A stretch of DNA of 64,000 nucleotides from Schizochytrium sp. TIO01 (lineage: Eukaryota > Protista > Bigyra: Labyrinthulomycetes): positions 9,158,761 to 9,222,760 of the forward strand of contig SMSO01000031.1 of the NCBI GenBank assembly GCA_004764695.1, given 5' to 3'. The position numbers were made by a program, and so were the translations under genes. Under the pieces are notes generated by a model. That model made no database searches. It was given only the letters and a program-made list of their open reading frames with translations, and had not been told where the DNA came from. Below are positions 49,874 to 60,600 of the stretch, one piece after another. The first letter of the stretch is position 1; each line of letters opens with the position of its first letter.

Positions 49874-50261
49874 TTAAAGGATGTCCTTGGATAGGTGGCG
49901 CAAAAGGATGCGTTTTGGTGGCGTGGATATCACGATGGGCTACATGTTTGCATTTTTTGGGGGCATTCGAAAACGTCGGACTTTCGGAGCTTGTCAAGCA
50001 TAGTAGCATGATGCCGCATTCATTGCATGTTTTTGAGGTACAATTCTCTCGGCAATTAACACGTTTACACCAGAGGAAAAGCTTGGCTTTGTGAATAGGT
50101 GCTTGTCGGAAGCGAGCGAATGACACATCGTTCGAGCTGTTTTGCATTTGATCTCATCTTGTTAACTCGTTGGGTTTTCATATTTAGGGGAAAGTATAAC
50201 ACTGTAGTCTTCACAGAACTAAAGTGCAAGCTTGCGGTGAACCTCTGTAGTTTAGTGGATG
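49874..50261 (-). pseudogene. tnpB: Fanzor2/TnpB C-terminal remnant (RuvC-II, Zn ribbon, RuvC-III)
   Basis: Across frameshifts: EVHRKLAL*FCEDYSVILSPKYE (RuvC-II Glu), KTARTM, FARFRQAPIHKAKLF, ENCTSKTCNECG (E.YTSKTC..CG), CKHVAHRDIHA (RuvC-III Asp) and ILLRHLSKDIL*. Confidence 0.85.
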
Positions 50262-50630
50262 GCGCACGCCCGGCCTTTTGATGTTGACCACTCTACCGAT
50301 GTCTGTGTAGGGCGGCGGGTGGGTCTGGATAGGTACGCTGAAGTTCACCAATCTGACATTTGGATTTCTCTTTTTGCTCGGCGGAGGACATTCTGGCGTA
50401 CACAATGGAATGGTTAGTGCGGCGTTGCTCGCGGCCGCTGGAAGAAACCGCAGCTATAGAGATGCCCTCAGTGTTGTCACGTGCGTGTAGGCGACTGCTT
50501 TCGGGGAAGCGCCTGAAGTGCACTTGCTGAGACGCCAAACTTCTGTTTGAAGTACTTTGGGGGCTTGTGTTGTAAGTTTGCTTCACTTGTAGTGTTTGGA
50601 GCTTGCTTGGTGGTTCCTTGGCCATGCCAT
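50262..50630 (-). pseudogene. tnpA: IS607 TnpA remnant (MerR-like HTH + serine recombinase N-terminal part)
   Basis: Across frameshifts: HKPPKYFKQKFGVSASAL (HTH), RRFPESSRLH (wing), IVYARMSSAEQKE..QI.ELQRTYPD (YARVSS..QK catalytic motif) and YTDIG..VNIKRPG (D.GSG.N.KR.G). Confidence 0.85.
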
Positions 50631-51137
50631 TTTCTTACCTACTTCTTAATTGTAACAAAGACCTAAATGGTGCATATAACCTATCATTACTATGGAATAG
50701 ACGCTACCATGTGAAGGAAGATTATATAAGTTCTAACGCTTTCGTAGGTAGGTAAGTTGGAAGTTAGGACGGTAGGTAGTGAGGAAGGTAGGTAGGCAGA
50801 GGTCCCTCTTCGCCGCCATTTCCTTTCGGATTTATGAGTTCTTCAGGTTCGCTTCAAGTTCTTCGGCTGCTTGGTTTCTCAGCAGCAAATAATTGGCATA
50901 TGTTGAAGGTAAAATAGAAAATCAAGAAGCAGAGGATATATCGTTCGCTCGATGGAGAGTAGTGAGCTCCATCTAGCTCGAAAAGGGGAAGGAGGAGCAG
51001 TCAGTCAATCCAGAGATAGCTGTCACAACTCACACGAGAGTGACAAACGATGACAATGACGAGGGCCACCAAACCAAGCAAAACAAAATAAAACTTATAA
51101 AAAATTGAACATCTCTTAATGTTTCTTAATGTCAATC

Positions 51138-51138
51138 A

Positions 51139-51178
<40 letters not shown>

Positions 51179-52279
51179 AGGAAAGAAAGAACTCGAAGGG
51201 ACAGTTTTATTTAGATAACTAGCTATTTCACTAGGGACAACGAACGAATTGGAAATGATAAAGTGAAAAGAATAAATATTATTTTCACAATCAGCTGTTG
51301 ATTATTGCTTCAGTAAGCCGAGAGCGGTCTCGTCTGCTGCCTACTTTACTTGCTCTTGTGCTCATCTTGCCAGTCCTCGCGAAGTTCGCCAACCATTGCG
51401 CGCTCCGCACATCAACCGGCGGTGTGAGAACGTATCGATCATGCATGGCTCACGGCGCTGGCGAGCGGCAGCGAGGACTCCTCCGCTCTCCAGAGCAGCA
51501 GCGGCAGCGGCAGCGGCAGCGGCGGCAGCAGCAGCATTATTATCAGCCAAGTCAAGAAGAACAAAAGAGCTCAGCCAAGTCGAAAAGAACGAGTGAGCGG
51601 ATGCAACAATGCCCAAGCCGTCCTTCCTTTCTTGCCCAGCAGACAGGCCAGCGACAGCTAGCTAGCTAGCTAGACAGCTAGACAGCTCCATGTGGGTTGG
51701 CATCTAGCCCTGAGAGGCAGCTAGGTGCTCCGCACTGCAGCCAGCTCGTCCTTCACGGGCTTCTTGCGTCCATGGTTGGTGTGCCAGTTCACTCCCTCAC
51801 TCACTCATCGCTCAATTCGGTCGGTCTGATCAATTCTAAACTTTCTATGATCAATCGCCGAATGATTAGGCTTTTATAAATCGAGCATGGTGATGATGAT
51901 GATTGATTGTTGCGAGTGTAATGACTGTTTCGATTGATTGCCATTGATGATGTGTATTACAGCCTAAGCTTTTAAGCGAAGTAATGTGCTAGACACTCCA
52001 TGAGGCGATTGAAAACTTGGTGTTCTGTGATTCCTAACTGAGCATACATACATTCATTCATTCACTCACTCACTCACTCACTCACTCACAAACAAACCCA
52101 CCGATCAGAAGGCTCTGCTGCGTCCATCGCTGATTCGTGCAACCTCGAAGACTTGGCACATCCTGCGTCGAAACCAGCTGCATGCAATGACTCTGTCAGT
52201 GATGCATTCATGTTTAAGTCAAGCTAACCCAAGCCAGCTCAAGTCAAGTCAAGCCGAGACGAGCCTACCGTACTTAGTG

Positions 52280-52319
<40 letters not shown>

Positions 52320-53645
52320 CTGTTAGTAGTGCAAGCAGCAACGATCCAAGAAAGAAGAAGAAAAGAACCCCAAACGAAAGAAAGCAAAGACCCCAACAGA
52401 AACAGAACGAATCGCAAAAAGGAAAGAAAAGAAAAGAAAAGAAAAGAAAAGAAAAGAAAAGAAAAGAAAAGAAAAGAAAAAAAGCAAAAGAGAACAACTT
52501 TGAAAAGAAAAGCAAAGCAAAGCAAAGCAGAGCAAAGCGCATTTCGTATTTATTTATCAACTACATTTACTAAAAGAACAAGAAGAGAAAAACCACTACT
52601 TTTCTACTCTCTCACTCACTTCCTTACTCACTTACTTCCTTCCTTCTCTAGCTATTGGTGAGTAGGCACTGCTACCGAGTACTAGCATGCTATCCAAAAG
52701 AGAGGAAGGATCCCATCCGCCCACAGTAAGAAAGATAGAAAGAAGCAGAACTTAAGAAGATAGGCGGTAAAAGAAGATTAATAACAATAATAGTGACAAT
52801 AGTTAGTTGATAATGATAATAGTCGATCCATGAGTCCACAGATCGATGAGCCGAGACAGTCAGACACGCTCAATCCCTTCCCAGCGCGGCCAATCCGGCA
52901 AGCTCGGAGGCCTGGCAGTCGCAGGCCCGTTGGTCAGTGCGCAGCAGCAACGCAGCTTGCAGCAGCGCAGGGTCCTTGGCAGAGAGCGGGAGGGCGGCGG
53001 GCCTCGCTTGGAGGAGGGAGTGGAACTCACTCACTCATGAGTGGATATGCAGTGCGATGCAGTGCAATGCAATGGATGCAATGCTGTGAGTGCAATGCAA
53101 TGAATGCAATGAATGCAATGCAATGCAACGAACGCAATGAATGCAACGAACGCAATGAATGCAACGAACGCAATGAATGCAATGCAATGCAATGCAATGC
53201 AATGCAATGGGCGCAATGCAAAGAAAGCTCTGCGAGTTCGCTCGAGGACGAAAACTGTAACCACGAGAGAACTGAAGGCCAACGATGGAACGGAGGGAGG
53301 CAAAGAAGAGAACAGGGCAGCAGAACAACCACCAAGTGCGTAGGGGGCACATAGGGGGCGGTAGGAGGGGTGAGTGACGCAGTGATAAGAACGGGAAGGG
53401 TTCAAAAACATCTAGTTGATTCTGATAGGGATGAGTTAGTTAGTTAATTAATTAATTAATTCATTCATTCATTCATTCATTCATTCATTCAAAAGTAGTC
53501 TGGGAGAAAGAGAGAGAGAGAGAGAACAAAGAGTGAAAGAATTGAGTAAACGAAAGAATTGAGTAAACGAAAGAACGAAAGAATGAAAGAACGAAAGAAT
53601 GAATGAATGAATGAATGAAAGAAAGAGCGAAAGAATGAAAGAAAG
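51138..53645. repeat. Dense microsatellite field upstream of the B56-like gene: (GAAA)n, (CAGCGG)n, (GCTA)n, (CACT)n, (GCCT)n, (AAAAG)n, (AATGC)n with three 18-bp GCAACGAACGCAATGAAT units, (TTCA)n/(GAAT)n
   Basis: Directly visible at ~51138-51190, 51495-51535, 51655-51685, 52050-52090, 52278-52320, 52424-52480, 53045-53210 and 53455-53645. Confidence 0.9.
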
Positions 53646-53723
53646 CATAACCAGAAGAGACCCTCTTCGTTCGCAGACACAGACAGACGGAGCTCGTTGA
53701 CCGCAGAGGCCCTTGCTCGCCCA

Positions 53724-56700
53724 ATGCACGCGTCCTGCACCCACGGGGCGGTCGGCGACGCCTCCACAGACGCCGAGGATGCTTCTGACGCGGTCTTGTC
53801 TCTGCCCAGACCTCCTCTGAGACCCATGTGGCGTGGTCCCTCAAGCCGTCAGCAGCAGCAGCAGCAGCATCGCGGCCGGTGCCAGCACCAGGTGCGCTCG
53901 CGGACCTCGTCTGCCAGTTCCGACGGCGAGCTCCTCGACCTCCAGCGCAAGGCCTCCCGCCACGGCCTCAAGCGGGCTCGGCCTGGCCTCCCGCCCGGCC
54001 CCTCCCGCCGCAAGCGTGCTCTCTCCCTGTCCGAAGGTCTCTTCGTGCGTGGAGGGACCGCCTCGTCCTCCTCTTCTTCTCCTTCGTCTCCTAGTTCTCA
54101 TTCTCACGCTCGTTCTCATTCCCAGCCTCTTCGCTCTTCTTCTCCCTCCATCACCAGCAGACTCGCAGTGGCTCTGGCGCTCGAGCAGGCGGAGAGCGCC
54201 TCCTCCTCCTCCGCCTCCTCCTCCTCTGCCGCAGCGCAGCGTAGTCTGCGCTTCCCGTCAAAGCTGCATCGCCTGAGCAGACCTCCTTCAACTTCTTCTC
54301 CTTCTTCTCCTCTGTCTCCTTTTTCCTCCCATTCTCAGTCTCATTCTCAGTCTCATTCGCATTCTCAGTCTCATTCGCATTCTTATTCGCATTCTCATTC
54401 TTATTCGCATTGGCATTGGCATTCTCCCCGTTCCTACCGGCCGCCTAGCCGAATCTCTAGCACCCGCGAGGCCCCCCATAGGAGCGCCAACAATGCCGCA
54501 TCGAGTAGCACCCCACGTAGCGGAAACGGTAGGGACGACGCCGAGACTACGGCGAACCCTGTGGGGGACGCGTGCGGAGAGTCCCAAGGGACTAAGGAGG
54601 TGTCAGGTGCCCCCTGGGGGGATGGAGGGAGTTGTTCGCTGCCCCCGTACTTTCGGGTGAATGTGGAGGCGACTTCTGTGTATAGGGGGCAGGCAGGGAC
54701 GAGCCTGGGGGGTGCGGTGGGATTTTGGCGCCCTCTGCACGCGCAGACCGAGGAGCCCTCAGCACCGCCCTCGAGGGGGGAGTCCTATGGGGCGCTTAGT
54801 GGAAACTGTAGGCCACCCTTGGGGTCGCGGCAACTTCGACTTCGGAGGGTGGGTACTTCTCCTAGGAGTAGCGCCTATGAGGGCGCTAGGAGTGCCACAG
54901 ATACTCTGCGTGCGAGTGGCACTGGGGCTGCTAGCGAATACGGTAGGGATGCCTACCAGGGCCCAACGACGAGACAGGGCGCTAGTGGCCCTAAGGGCGG
55001 GGCTAGGAGCGGGGTTAGTGGAGGTCCTAGGATGGAGACGGGGGCTCCTAGTCGAACCAGTAGCAGGGTGACTAGTGGTGCTTGGAAGGACAAGAACGAG
55101 GCTGAGATTATGGCTACGGCGATGATGGTAATGCAACAGCAAGAACAACGTGGAGAACAGCAGCAAGAGCAGCTTCGAGGCCAGCAACGGCAGCGAAAGC
55201 AAGAGCGACTGCAGCATCGAGAAGAGGAAGAGGAAGAGGAGGAAGAGGAGGAGCAGGAGGAGCCAGAAGAAGCGGAAGTGGACTCCTGCTTCCTCCAAAA
55301 CCACTTGTGCCTCCAGCGACGACTGCAAGTACAACAACAAAAGCACAGTCAGACCAGCAGCAGAAGCAGAATAGGCGCAGCGGAAGAGGACGCGGAAGAG
55401 GACTCAGGGGAGGACTCAGAAGAGCAGGACTCAGACGATTCAGAGGAGGAGGAGGAGGAGGAGGAGGAGTACTGCTTTGTGGAGGTAGCAGAAGTCAGGG
55501 TGCTTGGAGAGACGCCGGAAGAGGCCAGAGAAAGAAGACGAACAGAACGCAAGAACCACCGCAAGCTGCAGTTGCAAATACAAAAGCAGCTCGTTCAAGA
55601 GAGACGTCACAAAGCGCCGGTAGAACACCTTCGCGACGCGGATGATCTCATGGTGATGGCAGCTATCGCCGGAGCATTTCAGCCCCAAGATGATCAGGAT
55701 GGGCAGCAACGACGATCGCCAAGGGGAAGGAAACGCACTCCAGGACATACGCCAGCAATTGCTGGGCAAGTTGAGCATAGAAACGATGACCTTCACGTCG
55801 GAAGTGGCTTCGACGGAAGCGATCCGCACCGCACTAAAAGTAGGAACTGTCGGAAAGCCTTAGATGACGGTAGCGTGGCCCGCCGTCGCCGCCGACGCCA
55901 CCATAACAACAACAACAACAACAACAACAACCACCAGCACCAGCAGCAACAAGAGCAAGGTCAACAACACCAACAACAACTGCGAACCGAATTCATGTAC
56001 GGCGAGGAAAACAATAATGAAGAAACTCTATCGGAAGTGCTGCATGAGCAAAAAGCTAAAATTACATGCAATAGTCACGAAGAAAGCAAAGATGGAGGAC
56101 AAGCTAACTCTTCAACTCAAGGAAAGTGGGGGCACTCCGTCGAACGCGCTGCGGCCGTAATTCATGGACTCATGCAGACGAATGAACCGTCCACAGAATG
56201 CCAGCAAACGCAATTGTCTCAGCAAGAGGATCCCGAAGAGGAGGAAGATGACTCCGACACAGAGAACGGCGCCCAGAGGCGACAAAAAATCCTTATTGGA
56301 AGGCGTACACCCTCACCATCATCTTCGCTGTCCGCGTCAGCCGGCCCTTGGGAGCCGCAGCACGACAGTAACAGCAAAAACCTACATGATAATAATCGTG
56401 GCCTCAAAGATGCTACTCAGCCGCAACTTAACAATGATTGGTACCCTCAACCTCAAGGAGAACCCGAAGAAGATGGAGTCGATGGGGGTGATGATGATGA
56501 TGATGAAGACTTGACCGATGACATTTCGTCTACCTCGATCCCAACACCAGATCCGGTACCATCATCAACTAGAAGAGGCAATAGCACCGTGGCATCTGGC
56601 GTTGCTCTTCTCGGTAAGGTTGCAGAGGAGGCCCGTACGAAACTCGCTCTGGAGGAGGTCCTAGACGCTGTTGCCAAAGTCCAGCAGAGGATCGAAGACC

Positions 56701-57629
56701 AAGACGATGATGCAGGTAACATGAGCAAACTTCACAGCATTCTCTTGTCCAATGTCACGAGCGCAAAGGATCTCATTGCGCTTTCTGAAAACTACTCCTC
56801 ATCTCTGATTGCCTACCTTGTGCGTTCTGTATATGAACAAAGACGTCAGCTTTCTCAAGGTAGCTGCGGCGGATCTGATGGAGAGTCAGACGATATGATT
56901 GGAAGCATGCCCGAGATGGAATTGGTCTCGCTGATGCTTGATCGCCTACCCAACACAGGTTTTGGCTTCCTTAGTGCTATTCGTGCCTGTTTGTGCGAAT
57001 ATGTCGTGAGTTCTTTGCCTTATGAGGCCAAAAGCTCAAATGCGGCGTCTTTTGCCCAGTGCGCCTTCTGTGCAATTCTTCGGGCGTACCTACAAGTCCT
57101 CCGCTCTCCTAGATCCGGCTGTGCTCCCGCAGATCTTGCTGATACCTTTCTTATGCTTCTTAACAAGGCGCGCAACATTTACACAGTTGGTCTTCCAGGT
57201 GCCGCTTCAACACTTCTCAACAGCTGCATGGCAGAACTTACCAAACGGTACCCACTTGAGGTCAGCGGCCGTGTTATGGTTCGCATGACTCGTTCATGGC
57301 CTCGCAACGGTGCTGCCATCCTCTACCTTGAGCTTGTTGATACGTTCCTGCACTTGTGCAGTAACGATCTCTTGATGCGGAGCCCAGCAGCTGAATTACT
57401 CTTTCGTCGTCTTTGTACTCAACTCAAATCAACCAGTGCACAACAGGTGCGTAGAACACTTGATATTCTCGGGGCTCCCCATGTCATTCTCAACTTTGTG
57501 GCAGCGTCTCCAGCTACCCACAAGGCCGCTAGTGAGGCCTTATACAATTCATCCCGTACGCACTGGTGTGGCGGCGTTCGGGATCTATGCGAAGAGCTTT
57601 TTGATTCCTTTCTTGACTTTGCAGCTTGA
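53724..57629 (+). CDS. Protein with very long low-complexity N-terminus and C-terminal divergent PP2A regulatory B'/B56-like HEAT domain; start uncertain
   Basis: 3.9-kb uninterrupted ORF. The C-terminus MTRSWPR..AILYLELVDTFL...LLFRRLCTQLKSTSAQQVRRTL...LYNSSRTHWCGGVRDL parallels B56 motifs (LLK.WP..; LF..IA.C..S.HFQVAERAL; HWN..V..L). Confidence 0.6.
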   Translation: MHASCTHGAVGDASTDAEDASDAVLSLPRPPLRPMWRGPSSRQQQQQQHRGRCQHQVRSRTSSASSDGELLDLQRKASRHGLKRARPGLPPGPSRRKRALSLSEGLFVRGGTASSSSSSPSSPSSHSHARSHSQPLRSSSPSITSRLAVALALEQAESASSSSASSSSAAAQRSLRFPSKLHRLSRPPSTSSPSSPLSPFSSHSQSHSQSHSHSQSHSHSYSHSHSYSHWHWHSPRSYRPPSRISSTREAPHRSANNAASSSTPRSGNGRDDAETTANPVGDACGESQGTKEVSGAPWGDGGSCSLPPYFRVNVEATSVYRGQAGTSLGGAVGFWRPLHAQTEEPSAPPSRGESYGALSGNCRPPLGSRQLRLRRVGTSPRSSAYEGARSATDTLRASGTGAASEYGRDAYQGPTTRQGASGPKGGARSGVSGGPRMETGAPSRTSSRVTSGAWKDKNEAEIMATAMMVMQQQEQRGEQQQEQLRGQQRQRKQERLQHREEEEEEEEEEEQEEPEEAEVDSCFLQNHLCLQRRLQVQQQKHSQTSSRSRIGAAEEDAEEDSGEDSEEQDSDDSEEEEEEEEEYCFVEVAEVRVLGETPEEARERRRTERKNHRKLQLQIQKQLVQERRHKAPVEHLRDADDLMVMAAIAGAFQPQDDQDGQQRRSPRGRKRTPGHTPAIAGQVEHRNDDLHVGSGFDGSDPHRTKSRNCRKALDDGSVARRRRRRHHNNNNNNNNNHQHQQQQEQGQQHQQQLRTEFMYGEENNNEETLSEVLHEQKAKITCNSHEESKDGGQANSSTQGKWGHSVERAAAVIHGLMQTNEPSTECQQTQLSQQEDPEEEEDDSDTENGAQRRQKILIGRRTPSPSSSLSASAGPWEPQHDSNSKNLHDNNRGLKDATQPQLNNDWYPQPQGEPEEDGVDGGDDDDDEDLTDDISSTSIPTPDPVPSSTRRGNSTVASGVALLGKVAEEARTKLALEEVLDAVAKVQQRIEDQDDDAGNMSKLHSILLSNVTSAKDLIALSENYSSSLIAYLVRSVYEQRRQLSQGSCGGSDGESDDMIGSMPEMELVSLMLDRLPNTGFGFLSAIRACLCEYVVSSLPYEAKSSNAASFAQCAFCAILRAYLQVLRSPRSGCAPADLADTFLMLLNKARNIYTVGLPGAASTLLNSCMAELTKRYPLEVSGRVMVRMTRSWPRNGAAILYLELVDTFLHLCSNDLLMRSPAAELLFRRLCTQLKSTSAQQVRRTLDILGAPHVILNFVAASPATHKAASEALYNSSRTHWCGGVRDLCEELFDSFLDFAA

Positions 57630-60600
57630 AAGGGCTCCGTTCGCAGAAGTCCGTTTAGTTGTGGGCGCTAACTGATCTACCTGTTGTCAGCAACAGGTAA
57701 AACACCACCAATATTTTGTGAGTTTTTTCTCAAGTCATGTACTCTGGACGGGAATATGCTTGTATTGTGGCAGTATACGAATGTGTTATGCTGTTGTTGT
57801 TGACTAGTTTCAAAATATTAGTGACTACAAATTGTTCATTAGTAATTGCTTAGCTCATATCGACTTTTTAACGTGCAATCCCTCTAAGACTTTGGTGTCA
57901 ATAGGGGTAAATTGCACCGTGAATAAGTACTATTAAGTCACAGGCTTTCGAAAGTATGAATTTATCTTTTCGCATGTTGAGGGGTGTGTAAAGTTCCGTT
58001 CAAAAGAACTTCAACGATGAGCGTGGGTCATTCGCTCTTTTCAACCATACATTCCCTTTTGAACATTTTCCCTCCTGGGATGTTGGTTTATGAGTTTTCC
58101 AAAGTTTCCAAAGTTTCAGCCTGTTTATGAGTTATTCATTTCTTCTGTTTTTATTTCATTGTTGACTCTTGTTTATCCAGAGCCTATATTCATCACTTCT
58201 TTATAAAAAAATATTGTTGATGTCGATGTTTGCCTGCTTTCTGTCTCTTTGTAATTTGTCTTTCTAAGTCTTTATACAAAGTTTCTCTGTGCAGTTATCT
58301 TGAAGTTAACTCAATTAGGTCGATCGTCTTTCTCTTCTTTCTGTTCTTTAAAGTAGAAAGATGTCATTGGTTCGAATTGGGACTGTTCCATCAGATTCAT
58401 GACAGTGTCTGTGTTAACGGCCTTACGTTTTTGCATAATCGAAAGCTGGAGATTTTACTACGCAAAATCATATCTGATTTTATGTAAATACTGTTATGGG
58501 ATGGGTTAAAATGGCTGTATTGGTATAGTTTGATCGACTCAATACAGTCAATTGGGTCGAATATATGTTTTCCTTCTTGATGGGAAACTGCCAAACAATG
58601 ATCAAATATTTGGTATGCCAAGTCTACGAATAGCAATTACAACAATTGTTCACTCTTCATTTTGTTTTTGAGCACATGCTCTCTTCATTTTGTAAGGACG
58701 ATGCAGCAATAATTATTGCGGCTATTTTGTTGATAATGTGTGAGTATATCCTGCTTGCAAATGATACTGGTATCAGCATGATGGAAAGACTTTGTACATG
58801 TCGAATATTATGAATATATATTTCGGATAATCAATCTGAGGTCGCATGTTCTTGCCAGCTAGGCAGGGATTCAAAGCTCGTTTTTGTAAAAAGTTGAAAG
58901 AAAACACAAAAAGACATTCATGTTTTACAGGTGACGGTCATGTGATGCTTTTATATAGAATTATTTACTGACATATATATATATATATATATAACTAGAA
59001 GATGTGATGATATGAAGGTTAAGAATATAGCAAGTCATTAAGGATGGAAAGATGTTCGAGTTGCAGACAGCATATCCACTCTATCCATACATACGGTAAT
59101 AGAACTGAGCAGGGTATGTAGGAACTGCTGAGTAGAATTTGGTGAGGCACGAAAGCACCTGAGCCTCTCACATCTTCCTATAACTGATCTGATTCAAGTA
59201 ACTAACACACAGCCAGTGCATGATTGATTTCAGTCTTATTTAACTCTCATTTGTTCTTCACATTCGCAACGTCTCCGCTTGATTTGTCGTGCACTTTCTG
59301 CTGTGTCTCTTTAGTGAATAATACCTAAAATCCTCGGATTGCGGTATTTTGGTAGAACAGATGTCTTGAGCTTCTCATCAGCATTTGGTACAAATGTGAG
59401 CTTACTGCCATGGTTTTCTTCGCACAACCATGGGTTCTGTTATATTGGGTTATGGACAGTTGAGAGCTGTGGATCAGGAAGGAGACTTAAAAACGCCACC
59501 ACAGTATGCCCCCCCCAAAACGTATTCATGACTCTTTAGATAGCTTCTTCTCCGGAAGAACAAGAGGCTTGGTTGATTTCAAATTGATATTTTTAATCTT
59601 AGCAAACCACTCCAGAGGCCAGAGGAAAGTAAAATCCAGTGCTCAACCGAAGAGCCTTGTTCATGTGCAGTCGCCACTTCAAAACTTCAAGTGGTTCGGT
59701 GTTCCCGCACGACGGACGAAACGTGGGGCCATTTGATCGGGTTATATTATGGCGAAGCTGCAAATGTGCGATCTTATCAAATATGGGGGGGGGGGTCATA
59801 TTTCTCTTTTAAACGCCCATTAGCTCGTCGAATTAAAAAAGCGAAAGGCCCCAAGAGCAAAAGGAAACCCAAAGCAAGGCTATGTGCGTATCGGTACCAT
59901 GGCTTATTGCTGCACGGGTGTATGAGCATAGTTGATTGCTCGATTGCTTAATTCTAACGCGAGTATTCTCATTCAGAAAATAGTTTATAAAATAAAAGCT
60001 GTACGGCTTGCAAGGACAGATTTGAATATTTATTAATTATTTGCGACGTTCCTGTTTTTGTTCTTTTTTGTTCTTTTTCTTCTTAAGCATTAAAACATTA
60101 TAAAATTAAAATTAAAATTAAAAAAACCCTACACTAAAACCAAGTAAATTGTAAAATAAACAACAGTGTTATGGTGGTAGTTCATTTATCTCGAAATGGC
60201 TAAAAAAATAAACTTTATAAGAATTAGATGAGAAAAGCGAAAGAAGCACAAACAGGATAAGAGACTTTAAATAATTATTATTTAGAAACGAAAAGAAAGA
60301 AAAAGAACAATTAAAATTAAACGGCAGCCAACTTTTGAAGGGGTGCTTGGGTACAGCCTGATGGGATAGACAAGGATACCACAGCAACTGCGTCAGGTGT
60401 CCGATGCCCTACAACATATTTCATTACGGTTATCCGCAAGAGCAAAAATCAATCCACACTGCTGTTAGTCAGACAGTAACAAGAGCAAATCTCGTGTTAT
60501 GTCGTGGCCTTTCCAGAAATTACCTCATGAGGGGTGCCAACAGTGCGGTTCTTTCAAAGTCCAAGCTTAAACCTAATATGAAATATTTTGTCTTGCCAAC

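Larger units (their letters stand above)
49774..50663 (-). mobile_element. Internally deleted, degenerate IS607-family element (TnpA serine recombinase + Fanzor2/TnpB); ends approximate
   Basis: TnpA and Fanzor remnants lie in the canonical order and orientation, fused near 50262. A hairpin follows the nuclease stop. TTAGG/TTAAGG sequences at both putative ends could supply the IS607 GG core. Confidence 0.85.

Noticed and set aside
52187-53411. K/R-rich, F-rich and C/N/A/M-rich ORFs
   Set aside because: Translations of (AAAAG)n, (GCCT)n and (AATGC)n repeats.
59504-59800. MITE-like element bounded by poly-C and poly-G
   Set aside because: Inverted similarity is limited to TATG plus the homopolymer; no clear target-site duplication.
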